Shown: positions 12,885 to 26,147 of the stretch, in pieces
Numbering within the stretch: position 1 is the first letter of the stretch
Layout of the letters: every line of letters starts with the position of its first letter
Program-made: the position numbers and the translations under genes
The notes under the pieces: generated by a model
What the model saw: the letters and a program-made list of their open reading frames with translations, nothing else
Told to the model about the DNA's origin: nothing
Databases searched by the model: none
Origin: Rotaria socialis
Lineage: Eukaryota
Direction of reading: 5' to 3'
DNA: 64,000 nucleotides
Assembly (NCBI GenBank): GCA_905331295.1
Contig: CAJNYD010000596.1
Location: forward strand, 191,345-255,344

Positions 12885-13583
12885 ATGCTTCGATTACGTT
12901 TTCATGCATCGTGGTTACCCTCTGATCATAATCAATTTTGGACACTATTTGATTGTGCAAACAATATAAAAACTATCCATGATTTAATTGAATATTTCAA
13001 TGAACAACAAAAATCTCTTGCTGATTGTTATAATTTTGATATACCAAAACGTTCGACAAAATTAAAATATCTTAAAGCATTTATTAATGATTGTGTTTTA
13101 CCTCCTAATGCTCAGGCAAATCATATGCTTCGAGATAATGATGAAATCCAGTAAAGATTAAAGCAAATTATTTAAATCAATTGATTTGTCTTTTAGCTTT
13201 CGTTTAGAAATTGATGCACAAAACGAATGGCTTCTTGTTAAAGCTCCCCCAAGTTTAAAACGGAAACGATCTATTGAACCTGACATTGCTCCTTCTTCTC
13301 CTCCACGGGAATCAGCACCAGCACCACCTTCGACCAATGATCTCGATTCTATTCTTCGAACCATGGCGAAACCAATAGAAACAAATTCACCCGAACAAAG
13401 TTCGTTTACATTTCGATTTGGTAATAAACGCGGTCGTCCTATTCCACCACGTCCACAAGTCATCTCAGCAGTCAAAGTAAACAACAAGGCTAAACAAAAT
13501 CATTGTTTTATCTCTACAATTCTTTTTAGGTTAATTCATTAGTTCCACGACAAGTAATAAAAAGAATAGACAATAAAACATAA
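12885..13583 (+). CDS. Coilin N-terminal domain protein (short coilin-like), at least 3 exons
   Basis: MLRLRF...FWTLFD...TIHDLI...LPPNAQANHMLRDNDEIHFRLE matches the coilin N-domain pattern (RLRL.F...FW.L.D...LPP.ES..L.RDND...V.LE). Introns at 13151-13196 and 13477-13529. NLS-like KRKR. The 3' end is uncertain. Confidence 0.65.
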
Positions 13584-14340
13584 TTTCCCTCTCTTCTGTT
13601 AATTCTTTATTTGTTTTTTTCTTGTCTCGAAAAAAACTGAACATCGACAATAGTAAAATTCGACGAAAAGAAAAACAACACAAAGAAAAGATTGTGTGCA
13701 TGTGTAATTGAGAAGAAAAACGCAAGAAAAAAAAGAAAACAATGAGCAAAACAACAGAGAAGAGCAAAACTAATAAGGTTCGTTATACGATAAAAAGAAA
13801 ACAGAACGGACAAGTAAAAGACATGACTATTGTCTATTTACATTTAAAAAAACCAATAAAAAGCCATCATTGTATGCTTAAACATTCGTACTGAAACAAA
13901 AAGAAACACATTGATTGGAGTTTAACGAATACTTTTTTCTGATTAGTAGTGAGCATGATTAGAGACAAATTTTTAGAACGTCCTTATAGGAATTTTGTCA
14001 ATTATTTTAGACCCATCGAAGGAATCGTTTTTACTACATTAAAACCTTTCTATTGTGAATACTATCGAGATCACGGAAAGATTAATCCTAGAATTATTTA
14101 AATAGTTCACTTTTCGTTTTAAAATAGTTCATTAAGAACGAATCGAAATATCATATTTTTGAGCCAGTTTACGTGGTAATAAACAATTACTATCATAAAT
14201 TCATTACACTTTTTCTTGCAAAGTGCGCTCATGAGGAGGCAACATTCTTTATTTCATACAAATAAAAGAGTACTCTTTCGTAGTTGACTAGAGAAGGAAT
14301 AACAAGAGGTCAAAAAAATAGGATCCAATTAGAGGTTTTA

Positions 14341-15587
14341 CCAAGGGGAAAAAATGATTTCTCCTTATTTCTGGTGATTTCCATTACAGGAAATCAGTTT
14401 TGTATGTAAAAGTCACATTGTCGAAAGTCGTTGAAAATGTTTAGACATTAATAAAGTCGATGATAGGCATGCACCGAACCCGGGTACTTCGGGTCAGTAC
14501 TACCCGGGTTCGGTCATACCGGGTACCTGATACTACCCGGGTTTCATCATACCCAGATTCAGTACTGGGATTCTGTGGTCTACTTATTCGTATCCTTCGA
14601 AGCATAGAAATGAATAATAAATAGCACCTATGGATATATATAGTAGGTGATAAAAGATGAATTCATGTCAAAGATCCTCTACCTTGCTCAACGTATCATA
14701 GTTAATCTCATTTATCAGGAACGGATACAGTTAAATGAGCTTCTCTTAATATTTGTATGGGACTCAACTACAAGAAATCGTCGAATGGCTCTCCTTATTA
14801 AGTTTTCAGAAAATGCAGATGTATGATTTTTTCCATCGGTCTACTAACAATATCAATACTAATAATGCTAATATCGGTATCAAAAGTACTAAATTGTATT
14901 GGTATTGGTAGTATTCGAATTCTGAGATCCCTACTTAGACTATCAGACGGATCATTTCAATAAGAAGAACTATTCGATGATTTCCTGTAGCTGAGTCCAA
15001 GAGAAATATTCATAAAAGCTCATTTAATTGTATACTGTCCTGGTAAATAAGATTATCTATGATAGATTGAGGAAAAGACCATGAACCTTTGAAATAAAAT
15101 CATTTATTATTATCGACCTATAGGTACTATTTTTTATTCATTATGTATGCTCCGAAGGATACAAATAAGTAGACCCTCGAATTCCAGTACCGAATCTGGG
15201 TATGATGCAACCCGGGTAGTACCGAATACCGAGTAGTGCCGAAACCGGGTACTACCGAAACCGGGTATGACCGAACCCGGATATGACCGAATACTGGGTA
15301 GCTCGGGTTCGGTGCATGCCTAGTCGATGAGAAATCGATGGAATTTAATAATAGTCACCAAATGTGGGATCCTCATAGAAAATCGTCAATAATCACTAGA
15401 AAGCAATGTTCTTTTTTTACTGTATATTTGGAGAATTTTTGTAATATGAAATGATTTTTAGTGATTTCTAATGACTTCTCATGTTTTCCTAATAGTCAAA
15501 ATCGATATTCGGATCTCATTTTCATCCGATCGCCTTTTAATGATTTTTGGTGATTTCTAGCACAAGAAATCAGTTTTTCCCCCTTGG
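14341..15587. mobile_element. TIR element (ccaagggg...ccccttgg) interrupted by a nested hAT MITE
   Basis: ccaaggggaaaaaatgatttct (14341) / agaaatcagtttttcccccttgg (ends 15587). Confidence 0.7.
14464..15322. mobile_element. hAT-type MITE with 8-bp TSD
   Basis: TIR taggcatgcaccgaaccc / gggttcggtgcatgccta. Perfect TSD gtcgatga (14456-14463 and 15323-15330). Sub-terminal acccgggt/taccg arrays and extended inverted arms. Confidence 0.9.
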
Positions 15588-15730
15588 ATTTTATTGTATA
15601 AATATTTTATAAAAAATGTGTTACAAGCAGAATGAAAATCATCTTTAGAAACTATTTCCTGTGTTCAAAACGATATGAAACTTCCGAATATATAGGAATA
15701 AATTCTTCGTACGATTTCAAAAAAAGTAAC

Positions 15731-17506
15731 TTACGAGAGTCTTGTATGTCGTCGATTTGTTGAATGCATATTCATAGGATGTTTTCGAGTATTCGGATAT
15801 GAACGATACGATGTTGAAGGTTTGATTGATACCATTCTATAGAAAATCAAACAGGTTTAAATATATATATTAGTTAATCTTGATGTCAAAGAGTACTTAC
15901 GGTGATGTCGCTCTCAATACAAGATTTGATTGTAAATGATTATTCAACGTAGATGTCACGACACTACAATTTTCTTTCTCCAATGGTCGTTTCTTTACAT
16001 GTGATGAGTCAGACACACTACGAAGAAAAAATAAATGAAAGTTTGTTTATTTATTTGTCTTTTTCTTCAAGTACGAATCGCACATACTTCATATGTATAG
16101 ATTTTTGACGATGAAATTGCTTTCTAATTGTGATTGGCGTTGAGATTTCATTAGTTGCACTTAAAAGAGAAGATAATTATATTGCAAGGATAGATAAAAA
16201 TTTAATTCATTCTTACATTCGACTATGTTGGTTGTTGTTAGTCAATAATAAAACATTTTGAATGCATGTTAAATGTTGTGAATTACTCATCCGTAACGGA
16301 TCATCAATAAATCGTACAATTGGCAAACGAGATACTATACTTGTTGGTGTTGTTATATTCATTCTTGAAAAAACAATATTAAATTTTTTTGTCATTAGAC
16401 ATTTTTGACCTACGATGATATAGTTGAATTGATTTCATTGGATTGTATCTCATTGGAATTCGTGAGATTAACCGGAATTGTTGCTGAAGTTGCTAAACGT
16501 TGTTTTTGTCGTTCATGAACAGATAGACGTGGTTTTAATCTAATAAATAAATAATTAAATATGTATGTATAGCTATAGCAAAGAAAAAGAACTATTTTAC
16601 ATTGATGTTTTTGACGTTCGCATCACTCTCTTTAAATTATTAATCATCACGTCTAATTGATGTATAGTATCGAAATGTTTCTGTCGAGGTATTTCATTTT
16701 CAAGTGTGGTCCAATTCATTGGTTCATTAGAATTCAAATGAGATCCATGGCGAAATATAATTGGATGATTAGCAACTAGAATATTAAATATACATTTTTT
16801 GACATATTTTACTTTTATCAACACTAGTTTACATACGATGAGTACAAATTTGTTCTTGAACAGTATAACGACGTTCACGTTCTAATTCACGTAATAAACG
16901 TGTACGCGTTGCTTCATTTAAATGTGCTGTATGAGTACGACGACATTGTAAACGACGAAGAGTTCGTTGACCACGTACATATCGTTCATAAAGTCTAAAT
17001 AATGGAACAAAACCATTAACAAATTTTATTTTAGATTTTATTTTCTTACTTTCGATCCTTTTGTTCTTCAAGCATATGACGATGATGACGTGATAGTAAT
17101 TCATCATAGTTATCGTTTTCATCATTGTTTGATGCAATTTCTTCCATATCATCTTTTTCTATGGCATCTAATTTTGCCTCTAGATTAAATATATATGAAA
17201 ATATTCATATATTCTTCAGTAAAATTGTCATATTTACGAGTTTCATGTATGACTGTTCGAGATTTTGTTGTTGATGTTAAACGAAGGCTATGACGGCGAT
17301 GGTGTTTATTTTTTAACCCGGTTGAATGCTGTAATTTTGTTTTTCTTGAACTAAATTCAAAAAGAAAAAAAAACTTAGTACCTTGTTCATTCGAATCGAA
17401 GAATTAGGTAGACAAACATTGGAGTAGATGATATTGAAGGACTAATTTTATTGGTTGTTGAAATAAGTTTAGCTGGGTGAGTACGAAGATTATAACGCGG
17501 TTTCAT
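15731..17506 (-). CDS. Multi-exon basic nuclear protein with a PEHE-like (MSL1-like) segment
   Basis: Hand splicing gives MKPRYNLRTHP...NYDELLSRHHRHMLEEQKDRKLYERYVRGQRTLRRLQCRR, resembling the MSL1 PEHE region (F.KRH.K.EL.EK.RKRWDI.R.REQR.LQRL). The last exon ends ...RRHTRLS* at 15731. Internal exon borders were only partly verified. Confidence 0.6.
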
Positions 17507-17932
17507 TCGAGTAAAATGTTTCCAAGTGACAGATAATCTACAGTAAAATAGTCATTTAATTGAACATACCAACTGATGAGTTCAACAATCGAAGAGAAAA
17601 AAAGCAAAACGTAAGCTACAGTAGCCATTTATGTTGACAGATATATGATTCATCCAATAATAATGACTAATGAGATGATGAGAAACTATTTCAATCAATT
17701 TTTATACAGATCAAATTTTAGTTAATTCTATTTTCAAAACTCAGAGTAAGAAACGAATGCTAAAAAAATGTTGCTATATACGGGCGACATCTATCACAAC
17801 TGGCAAAAGTATAGTTTTCAATATAAACATGATAAAATTACAAATGCAAAGTAGTAATACTTTGTATAATTTGTCGAAGTTTGTTCCTCTGTTCTTTGTT
17901 TCAATTTTTCTTATAAACTTGAATCTCATGAT

Positions 17933-18765
17933 CAGGTTGACCAGATCAAAAATTGAAAAATCAGAAAATCTTTTTTCAAAATCAGAAAACGATCAGAAAA
18001 AATCTCTGAAAAATCAGAAATTAATCAGAAAATGGCAGTTCTTGGCAAATTAGTAGACCTTCTGCTAAAATACTGGCATCCAAAATTCTGGTGCATTTCG
18101 GTACACTGACTGGAACTTTATTTTCAAAGATATTTAAATAGAACGAAAGAAACTATAGTGAATATATCGTTTAGTTAATACGCAAACATCAATAAAAGAT
18201 ATTTTATGTTGAGCTTCTTTTTAAATTTAAAACTTGTAGAACTAAATCACATACATTCTGCGTAGATTAAGAAATCCAACGAGAAAAAGAAACGTTAAAT
18301 TCCATCATCTCGGTATTATTATTCATATTTCGTATCTTTTTGAATTTGCTCTAGAAAGTTTGTTTAAGATAACATATGCTAATAAAAACATTCTCAAGAA
18401 TTATTGCCAGCCACTTTTATATTAAGTTAAGCATTATCTGGTTTTATATTACTGGATTACGATAATCGGACTATAAATGCTTCATATAACAGAAAATCAA
18501 GTCTACTCCAGAATTCGAATGCAGAATATAAAAGATGATTAATACAGAAAATTGATGAAACACTGTTGATTTATTCCCTCGACTGAAGGGAGGATCATAC
18601 GAAATAAAATGCGGTTGTTTGTTTGCTTTTATAGTAATGGGTTATAATCGTATCTAATTTCAGTGACAAAGCAACGATCTGAAAATATTCCAAATTCAGA
18701 AAAAATCAGAAATATGTTCAAACTTCAGAAAATTTCCCTAGTTTTCAGAAGATCTGGCCACCCTG
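17933..18765. mobile_element. hAT-type MITE with 8-bp TSD
   Basis: TIR caggttgaccagatc / gatctggccaccctg. Perfect TSD ctcatgat (17925-17932, 18766-18773). Sub-terminal tcagaaa repeats. Confidence 0.88.
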
Positions 18766-19119
18766 CTCATGATCATTATTCTCTTCTATTGGCAAGTCTT
18801 GATACTGAAAGATTCATGGATTATATTGAGTGTAAGCCTTGCTACAGACGCTTTTTCTTCGGTTTGTGGATAGCTAATAATTTTAACATTTTAAAAGTAA
18901 GTTTCCTTTATTCTTTTTTGGAGTTAGTAGAAATGTTAAGTAAAAATTGAAAGGTGCTTAGTAAACGTTTTTCTAGATATTGTTAGTATACGAAAGTGTC
19001 TTCAACGATGAAATTACAATCTTGTGTATTTTATCACTTCGTGACCAGCTAGAAGTACGTACAAGCTGATATTTGAACCGAATATAATATCCATGGATGC
19101 ACTGGGCAGTGGTGTAAAC

Positions 19120-19916
19120 AAGAGACGTGCACAGGGCAGGACGTCCTGTTGTCCTGTCCTGTCCTGTCCTGTCCTGTCCTGTAGGACAGGATGAGATTTA
19201 GATTTTGTCCTGTCCTGCCGCCCGCCAAGACCAAGGTAGCCAACAGGACAGGCAAGGACAGGAGAAAAAATTATGTCCTGTGCACGTCTCTGGTAGGAAC
19301 TTGTTTTTGTGTATTTTTCATTTGTTTTTTTTTGTTTTGTGGTAAAATACTGCCTATTTGTTATTGTTTCTTTAAATAGTATCAGGTTTAAGTTATCACA
19401 TTCATGCTACAATCAATGTTGTTCATATTTTTTATATTTTTTCTTGTCGTGAAAATTAAGATAGTTTTCTATTTTATTGTATTTATAAATTAGTGATAAT
19501 TTAAAGTGTATTTGTTGTATTTGAAAATGATGTCAAATAAATTAAGCCTAAGCTTACTAATACTAATATTTACTTTGATCGACAACAGCTAGGGTTCGGA
19601 GTCCGAACTTCGGACTCATAATTAGTTTTCAGTCACTAGAAAAATCGGAATAAATCAGTAACGCTAACCAGGACAAGGCTTTAACGTATTGTCCTGCCGT
19701 CCGCCATGACACAAAAAGTCAGCAGGACAAAGAAGGACAGGTCGAGATTTAGATTTTTGTCCTGTCCTGCCGTCCGCCAGGACGAAGATTACCAACAGGG
19801 CAAACACGCACAGGAGAAGGTTTCGATTTTGTCCTGTCCTGCCGCCCGCCAGGACCAAGGTAGCCAACAGGACAGGCAAGGACAGGAGAAAAAATTATGT
19901 CCTGTGCACGTCTCTG
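19120..19916. mobile_element. hAT-type MITE with tgtcc/ggaca arrays, 8-bp TSD and an internal duplicate right end
   Basis: TIR agagacgtgcacagg / cctgtgcacgtctctg. TSD gtgtaaac at 19112-19119 and 19917-19924. The right-end sequence occurs twice (ending 19292 and 19916). Confidence 0.85.
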
Positions 19917-20037
19917 GTGTAAACAATACCCTATGGTTGGTTCAGCATACTTCTAATACTATTGACATGAACAAGTGTTTTTTATGGAGCTGTTTGGCCA
20001 AGTGTCGATAAATATACACAATTTTGGCTCTCATCAA

Positions 20038-20304
20038 CTCAGGTCGTGGAGGTACGGCTTGAAACGGCCGGAAAACACGAAAATGCGCTGGAAAGTGGAA
20101 GCAGTATTCCAGTCGAAAATAGCCGGATTATTTTCCGGCGGATTCCGGTCAGTTTTCTGTGATTTCCGGCTGGAAGTTGACCGGAATACACAGGATAAAA
20201 TCCGGCAGCTCCCGACCGGAATACTGCTTCCACTTTCCCGCCAGATACGGTGATCTTTCCGGCCGATTCTTACAGTATCCGTCCTCCGGAACCATTGGCG
20301 TGGG
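20038..20304. mobile_element. Palindromic ccgg-rich MITE
   Basis: Inverted pair ggaaagtggaagcagtattcc / ggaatactgcttccactttcc. GC-rich compared with its flanks and related to 5930-6270. Confidence 0.65.
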
Positions 20305-21582
20305 AATCAAAATAAAACGCACCTGTTATGTTACGAACAATTAGTTTTCCAAGTACACGACTGCTATGAACGTTACTAATCGTAACAACACCCACTGCTC
20401 CATTCGAAGCCTATTTCATCCACCGTTGATTTTCTGAATTATTAATTTAAAGATTAAACTTATAATCAACAACTAAACCTGATGGTGCATTGAGTTGACA
20501 AAGTGCGATTTCTGAAATGCCAGTTACAGTTTCTGTGGTACCAACGATTGAATTCGGGGGAAAGCATAAAAAATTTCATTGGCACGAAGTCCAGTGACAT
20601 ACATCTATCCAGCTTTATCAAAAGCAAGATATTGAGAATGTAACAAGGGATTTGCATTAATCGGTGTATAAACATGATGGATGTTTAAACTGAGTAACAT
20701 CGGAGCCTAATTCGTTATCGCTGATGAATTATGGTGAAACCCTACAACATACATCTCGTTGCCGTAGTTGTTGTTGTCTGGGTGTGGATGTGATGAACCT
20801 CTTTGCCGTTACACAATCACACCCACATCACAGAAAGAGTATCATTTCTACACAGAGAGAATGGGTGGCCAATTCGAGTTCCTTCGACAGGAACTGGTTA
20901 GGAAATATGAGTACAATTCTCAATTCTGAACTGTTGCAGACGTAAACGAAATCAATAGAGCAGCAAATTTCATGGAAATTAGATAACATCCATTGTTGGT
21001 TCATCATTTTGCTAGAAGTTAAAATTTAGTTTTTAACAACGTTATTTTCGTATTCATATATTTTAAAGAAGTATATCTATGGACAGAGGGTTAAATAATC
21101 CCAGAGGCTATTGAAAATAAAAGAAATTTCAATGCAATTTATTTGAATTGATGGGAAATTAAATCGGTAACTTGCTAAATATTAATGATGCGTATTCGGG
21201 TGTGCGTAGGGGTATGCGTATTCTTTATACTCCTCCCCTCTCCAAAACTCTTTTCCAGCAAAATATTATTTAAAGAACAAACAATCGAAGAGAGGAGAAC
21301 ACATACAAAAAAAAGAGCAATTTATAGTTGTTTCCTTCCTTTTTACTGCCAAAGAATTGCAACAGAAGTAACCAACACGTGAATTATTTTTCACAACAGT
21401 CAGATGCTAGTCAATAGAATTGTTGTGTCAGAATGAACAACACAACAATACATGAGCAATTAGAACTGTTCGATAAAATAATCAACACAACGGCATATAC
21501 GTATAAATCGCGATAATAACTTATTTGAAGAATATTCTTAAGCGAAATAAATCTCATTAGGTGTTATAGACACAGACTATTC

Positions 21583-23703
21583 ATGGATGAGAAAGAGGTA
21601 AATTGTACTTCTCAATGCTCTAAACAAACAAGTATCGCTGATGAAATCTCGGTTTGTACACGAGTCCAAAAACAAAATATTTCTATTCGAGACTCGCATC
21701 TTAGCTGTCAAAATCGCATCATTGAGAACTTTATGATAATTTGGCTAGATCCAAATCTCAATCAATCTGATGAACAAACTCGAACCGTCATCATGCATCT
21801 TCGTTGTATCGTCAATTGTGTTGAAACATTCGCTGACTTCGATAGATGTATTAATTATATAACAGAAATCAAAGATGAAGAATTCTTCCTGATTGTTTCG
21901 GGATTACTCGACGATCATATTATTCTTCTCATATCTGAAATGACTCATCTTTTGGCGATCTATCTTCTACGGCATAGTAATCAATCGGATTACGAACGTT
22001 TGGCTCAACAGTGTAATAAAGTGAAAGGCAATTTCACATGCATCGAATCTCTCTGTGATGCACTCAAAAAGGATGTCAATCATTTCGAAAAAGACCTTAC
22101 GCCCATCAGCACTATTACTTTCTCGTCGATTAATAATATGAACGAACTAGAACCCTCGTTTATGTATTCACAATTACTAAAAGAGATTCTTCTAGAACGC
22201 GAATATGAAGACAAAGACAAGACAGATTTTGTTCAATTTTGTCGTCTTTTCTATGACAACAACCGACACGAACTACCGACAATCGAAGAATTCGAACGAA
22301 ACTATACTCCTAAATCGTCCATCTGGTGGTACACTAGAGGGTGTTTCATTTATGCCATGATCAATAAAGCTTTACGAACACAAAATATTCATGTAATCAT
22401 GAAGATGGGCTTTTTTGTTCGAGATCTTCATAGACAAATCGAAGTATTTTATCGTCATGCAAATCATTGCTCTCCATTCGCAGTATATCGCGGGCAAGGG
22501 CTCTTGCATAGCGAATTTGTGAAAATGAAGAAAAACAAAAATGGTCTTGTATCATTTAACAATTTCTTATCGACAAGCACTGATCGACAGGTTGCGTATC
22601 TCTATGCCGATAGCGCAGCTCAAAATCCCAATATGATGGGCATCCTATTTCGAGTAGAGATCGATCCATCAATTTCAACTGTTCCATTTACATCTTTGAA
22701 TAATATCAGCTACTTCGGTGATACAGAAAAAGAAATTTTATTCTCAATGCATACCATCTTTCGGATGATAAGTATAGAACAGATCGAAAATAGATTGTGG
22801 CAAATTAATTTGATGTTGACTGATGATAATGATCAACAATTGATTTTGCTTAAAGAAAACATAGGAAAGGTTACTCAAGGACCAACTTGGTTACATAGAA
22901 TGGCGCAATTGATGTATTACATGGGAGAATTCGACAAGGCCGCGGAGACATTCACTTCGCTTCTTGAGACAACGTCTCTTGATGATTGTCAGTTAGTCGC
23001 TGAGATTCATCATCAACTTGGTTATATCAATGAGAAAAAAGACAACTTAGTGGCAGCTTTCTCACATTATCAGCAGTCTTTCGATATCTTCTCAACTCAT
23101 CTATTGCCAAATGATCCTCGACTAGCTGTCGCCTATACTGCAATTGGTACCGTACGTCAAAAGCAAGGAGATACTAAGGAAGCAGTAAAATATTTGCAAA
23201 AGGCTCTTGAGATTGACAGTATTGCTTTAGAGTCTGATTCAGTGACGATTGCAACTCGATATAATAATATCGGATTATTGTTAAAAGAACAAGGAAAAAC
23301 CGAAGAGGCACTCACAAACTTTGAGCATGCACTCGGGATCTACCTCGCGCATCTTCCACCTCGACATCCATCACTGGCAACCATCTACAATAATATTGGT
23401 CTTGTACATCGATCAATGGGAGAAAATTCGAAAGCACTTAATTATTATGAGAAGACGCTGGATGTACGGCAAAAATCTCTTCCACCAAATCATCCTTTGT
23501 TAGCTCAGATTCACGGTAATATCGCATGTGTGCTAGATGACCTGCGGCAAACTAAAAGCGCCATTGAACATCTCGAACGAGCTGTCGATATTAATTGTGC
23601 TGCATTTGGCTCTGATCATCCGCATGTTCAAGCCTATCAGATACTTGTCGAAAGATTTCGATCCAAACTGGCCTCAATTAGTGATGTTGATAACTCGAAA
23701 TGA
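21583..23703 (+). CDS. Receiver-like domain + toxin-type (R-S-E) mono-ADP-ribosyltransferase + TPR repeat protein, intronless CDS
   Basis: 706-aa ORF. IIWLD-type N-terminal alpha/beta domain. WWYTR..F.Y.M.N.ALR helix, VYRGQ, FLSTS and EKEILF ART motifs. Kinesin-light-chain-type TPRs (ATRYNNIG, HPSLATIYNNIG). Confidence 0.9.
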   Translation: MDEKEVNCTSQCSKQTSIADEISVCTRVQKQNISIRDSHLSCQNRIIENFMIIWLDPNLNQSDEQTRTVIMHLRCIVNCVETFADFDRCINYITEIKDEEFFLIVSGLLDDHIILLISEMTHLLAIYLLRHSNQSDYERLAQQCNKVKGNFTCIESLCDALKKDVNHFEKDLTPISTITFSSINNMNELEPSFMYSQLLKEILLEREYEDKDKTDFVQFCRLFYDNNRHELPTIEEFERNYTPKSSIWWYTRGCFIYAMINKALRTQNIHVIMKMGFFVRDLHRQIEVFYRHANHCSPFAVYRGQGLLHSEFVKMKKNKNGLVSFNNFLSTSTDRQVAYLYADSAAQNPNMMGILFRVEIDPSISTVPFTSLNNISYFGDTEKEILFSMHTIFRMISIEQIENRLWQINLMLTDDNDQQLILLKENIGKVTQGPTWLHRMAQLMYYMGEFDKAAETFTSLLETTSLDDCQLVAEIHHQLGYINEKKDNLVAAFSHYQQSFDIFSTHLLPNDPRLAVAYTAIGTVRQKQGDTKEAVKYLQKALEIDSIALESDSVTIATRYNNIGLLLKEQGKTEEALTNFEHALGIYLAHLPPRHPSLATIYNNIGLVHRSMGENSKALNYYEKTLDVRQKSLPPNHPLLAQIHGNIACVLDDLRQTKSAIEHLERAVDINCAAFGSDHPHVQAYQILVERFRSKLASISDVDNSK

Positions 23704-24567
23704 AAAACACACAATCCCTAATTAAGGGGAGAAACTGCGATTACACAGTTCGACAGAAGTCATATTGATAAAAATTGATTTTCGAATGTGGACTTAGCTA
23801 TTGCAGTGGGTACCGATATATATATATATATATGATATCGCTTCCACCCACACCCGTCTAATCTAATACACATAGCTCGATGGCAATTTTCAAAAATTAT
23901 AGGTAGTAGTCTCAAGCTTGGCAGATGTCAATTCGCTAATATTCAGCAATATTCCATTAAAACTTTTGATAAACAAGGAGCAAGTTGTATAAAGAGTTTC
24001 CAGAAGTACCTCTCATGTCAAATATTAATTAATTACACGAAGAGCCTTCATGAAAGCTTTAATATTATCAGCAGAAGTCCTGCACAACCATACATTACTC
24101 TGAAAAGAAGTTTTTATATTTGACACTAAATTACGGGAATGATATTTTTTAACCAATTACTGTCAAAAACTATAATCAAAGGTCGGATGAATAATTTTCG
24201 AAGGAATGATTTTGAAAAATAACAACATCAGAAAGTATCATACTCTTTTCATCATTAACAATCGTAGTTCACTAGTTGCTCATATTTCATAATTACTGAG
24301 TTCGCGCCGATACAACTTTCATTTAGGCGCATATACTTGTGCCAAGCATCTATTTCGATTACTTGTGACATCTACAGAAAATAAATTAGAAACCAATCTG
24401 TACGCACTTTTTACGTCCAGTCGATAGCAGAGCTGAGCTGCTGCTGCTGCTGCTGCTGTTGCTTCATCGTCATATTTTCTTCCTCTTCAAATACATGTAT
24501 TTATAAACGCCTCGGATAGCTTCGTCAGCTGATTAATGTTGTTTTAATTTTTAGTCATTTATTTACG

Positions 24568-24827
24568 ATGAGTGCAACAGCAGCGCAATGTAGCGATACA
24601 ACAAATTCGACTTCTGAAGGTGATGACGTTTACATGTTTCATGCAGCTCGACAAAATGGTCGACGGAATGCATTACCAGATCTGGGAGCACAGTTTACTC
24701 CACGTAAATTTGTTTATTTGCTTTCAATGGAATAGTTTTTATTTTAATTTTAGCTGAAACTACAATAGGGAGCTGTGACGTTGATCAAATTACGCCACAC
24801 TTTCAAACCATGCTCATTAAGCCATAA
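24568..24827 (+). CDS. cAMP-dependent protein kinase inhibitor (PKI)-like peptide, 69 aa, 2 exons
   Basis: MSATAAQ...YMFHAARQNGRRNALPDL contains the PKI pseudosubstrate F-x-x-x-R-x-x-G-R-R-N-A-L. The phase-1 intron 24704-24753 leads to a TAA at 24827. Not in the ORF track. Confidence 0.8.
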
Positions 24828-25151
24828 AGACACAAAATGTCTCATGCAGATGAACAAATTATTAATAGACATTTATTGTTTGTCCTGTGATATAGATTTT
24901 CGTTGTTTGTGTGTTTCGTGTTTTTCGTATACTGACGCAACAGAGAATTTGTTTTGAATGATCTCAAGGAAGAACAGAATTGTGTGTTTTAAACAGGCGA
25001 ATAGTTTCGTACAATGGAATATTTTAAAAAATAAATTTTTAATAGTCATTTAATTGTTGTTCTAGACGACAAGTGATCAATTGGAATAGATAGTCGACAA
25101 TTGAATCTTCTTTTTTCGAAAATTTTTATTTTTTCAAGTGTTCTAGTTTCG

Positions 25152-26147
<996 letters not shown>

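Noticed and set aside
14470..15320. CRISPR-like or iteron-like short repeats (acccgggt, taccga)
   Set aside because: Irregular sub-terminal motifs of a TIR element with TSD; no constant repeat-spacer periodicity and a eukaryotic context.
19049..20344. Several short ORFs (MPVLLATLVLAGGRTGQ etc.)
   Set aside because: Translations of GC-rich MITE repeats; no coding hallmarks.
20350..20950. Possible degraded NHL-repeat gene on the minus strand (LAFDKAG*MYVTG) or piggyBac end (agggttaa ~21088)
   Set aside because: Only one short motif with stops and no matching second terminus; too weak to call.
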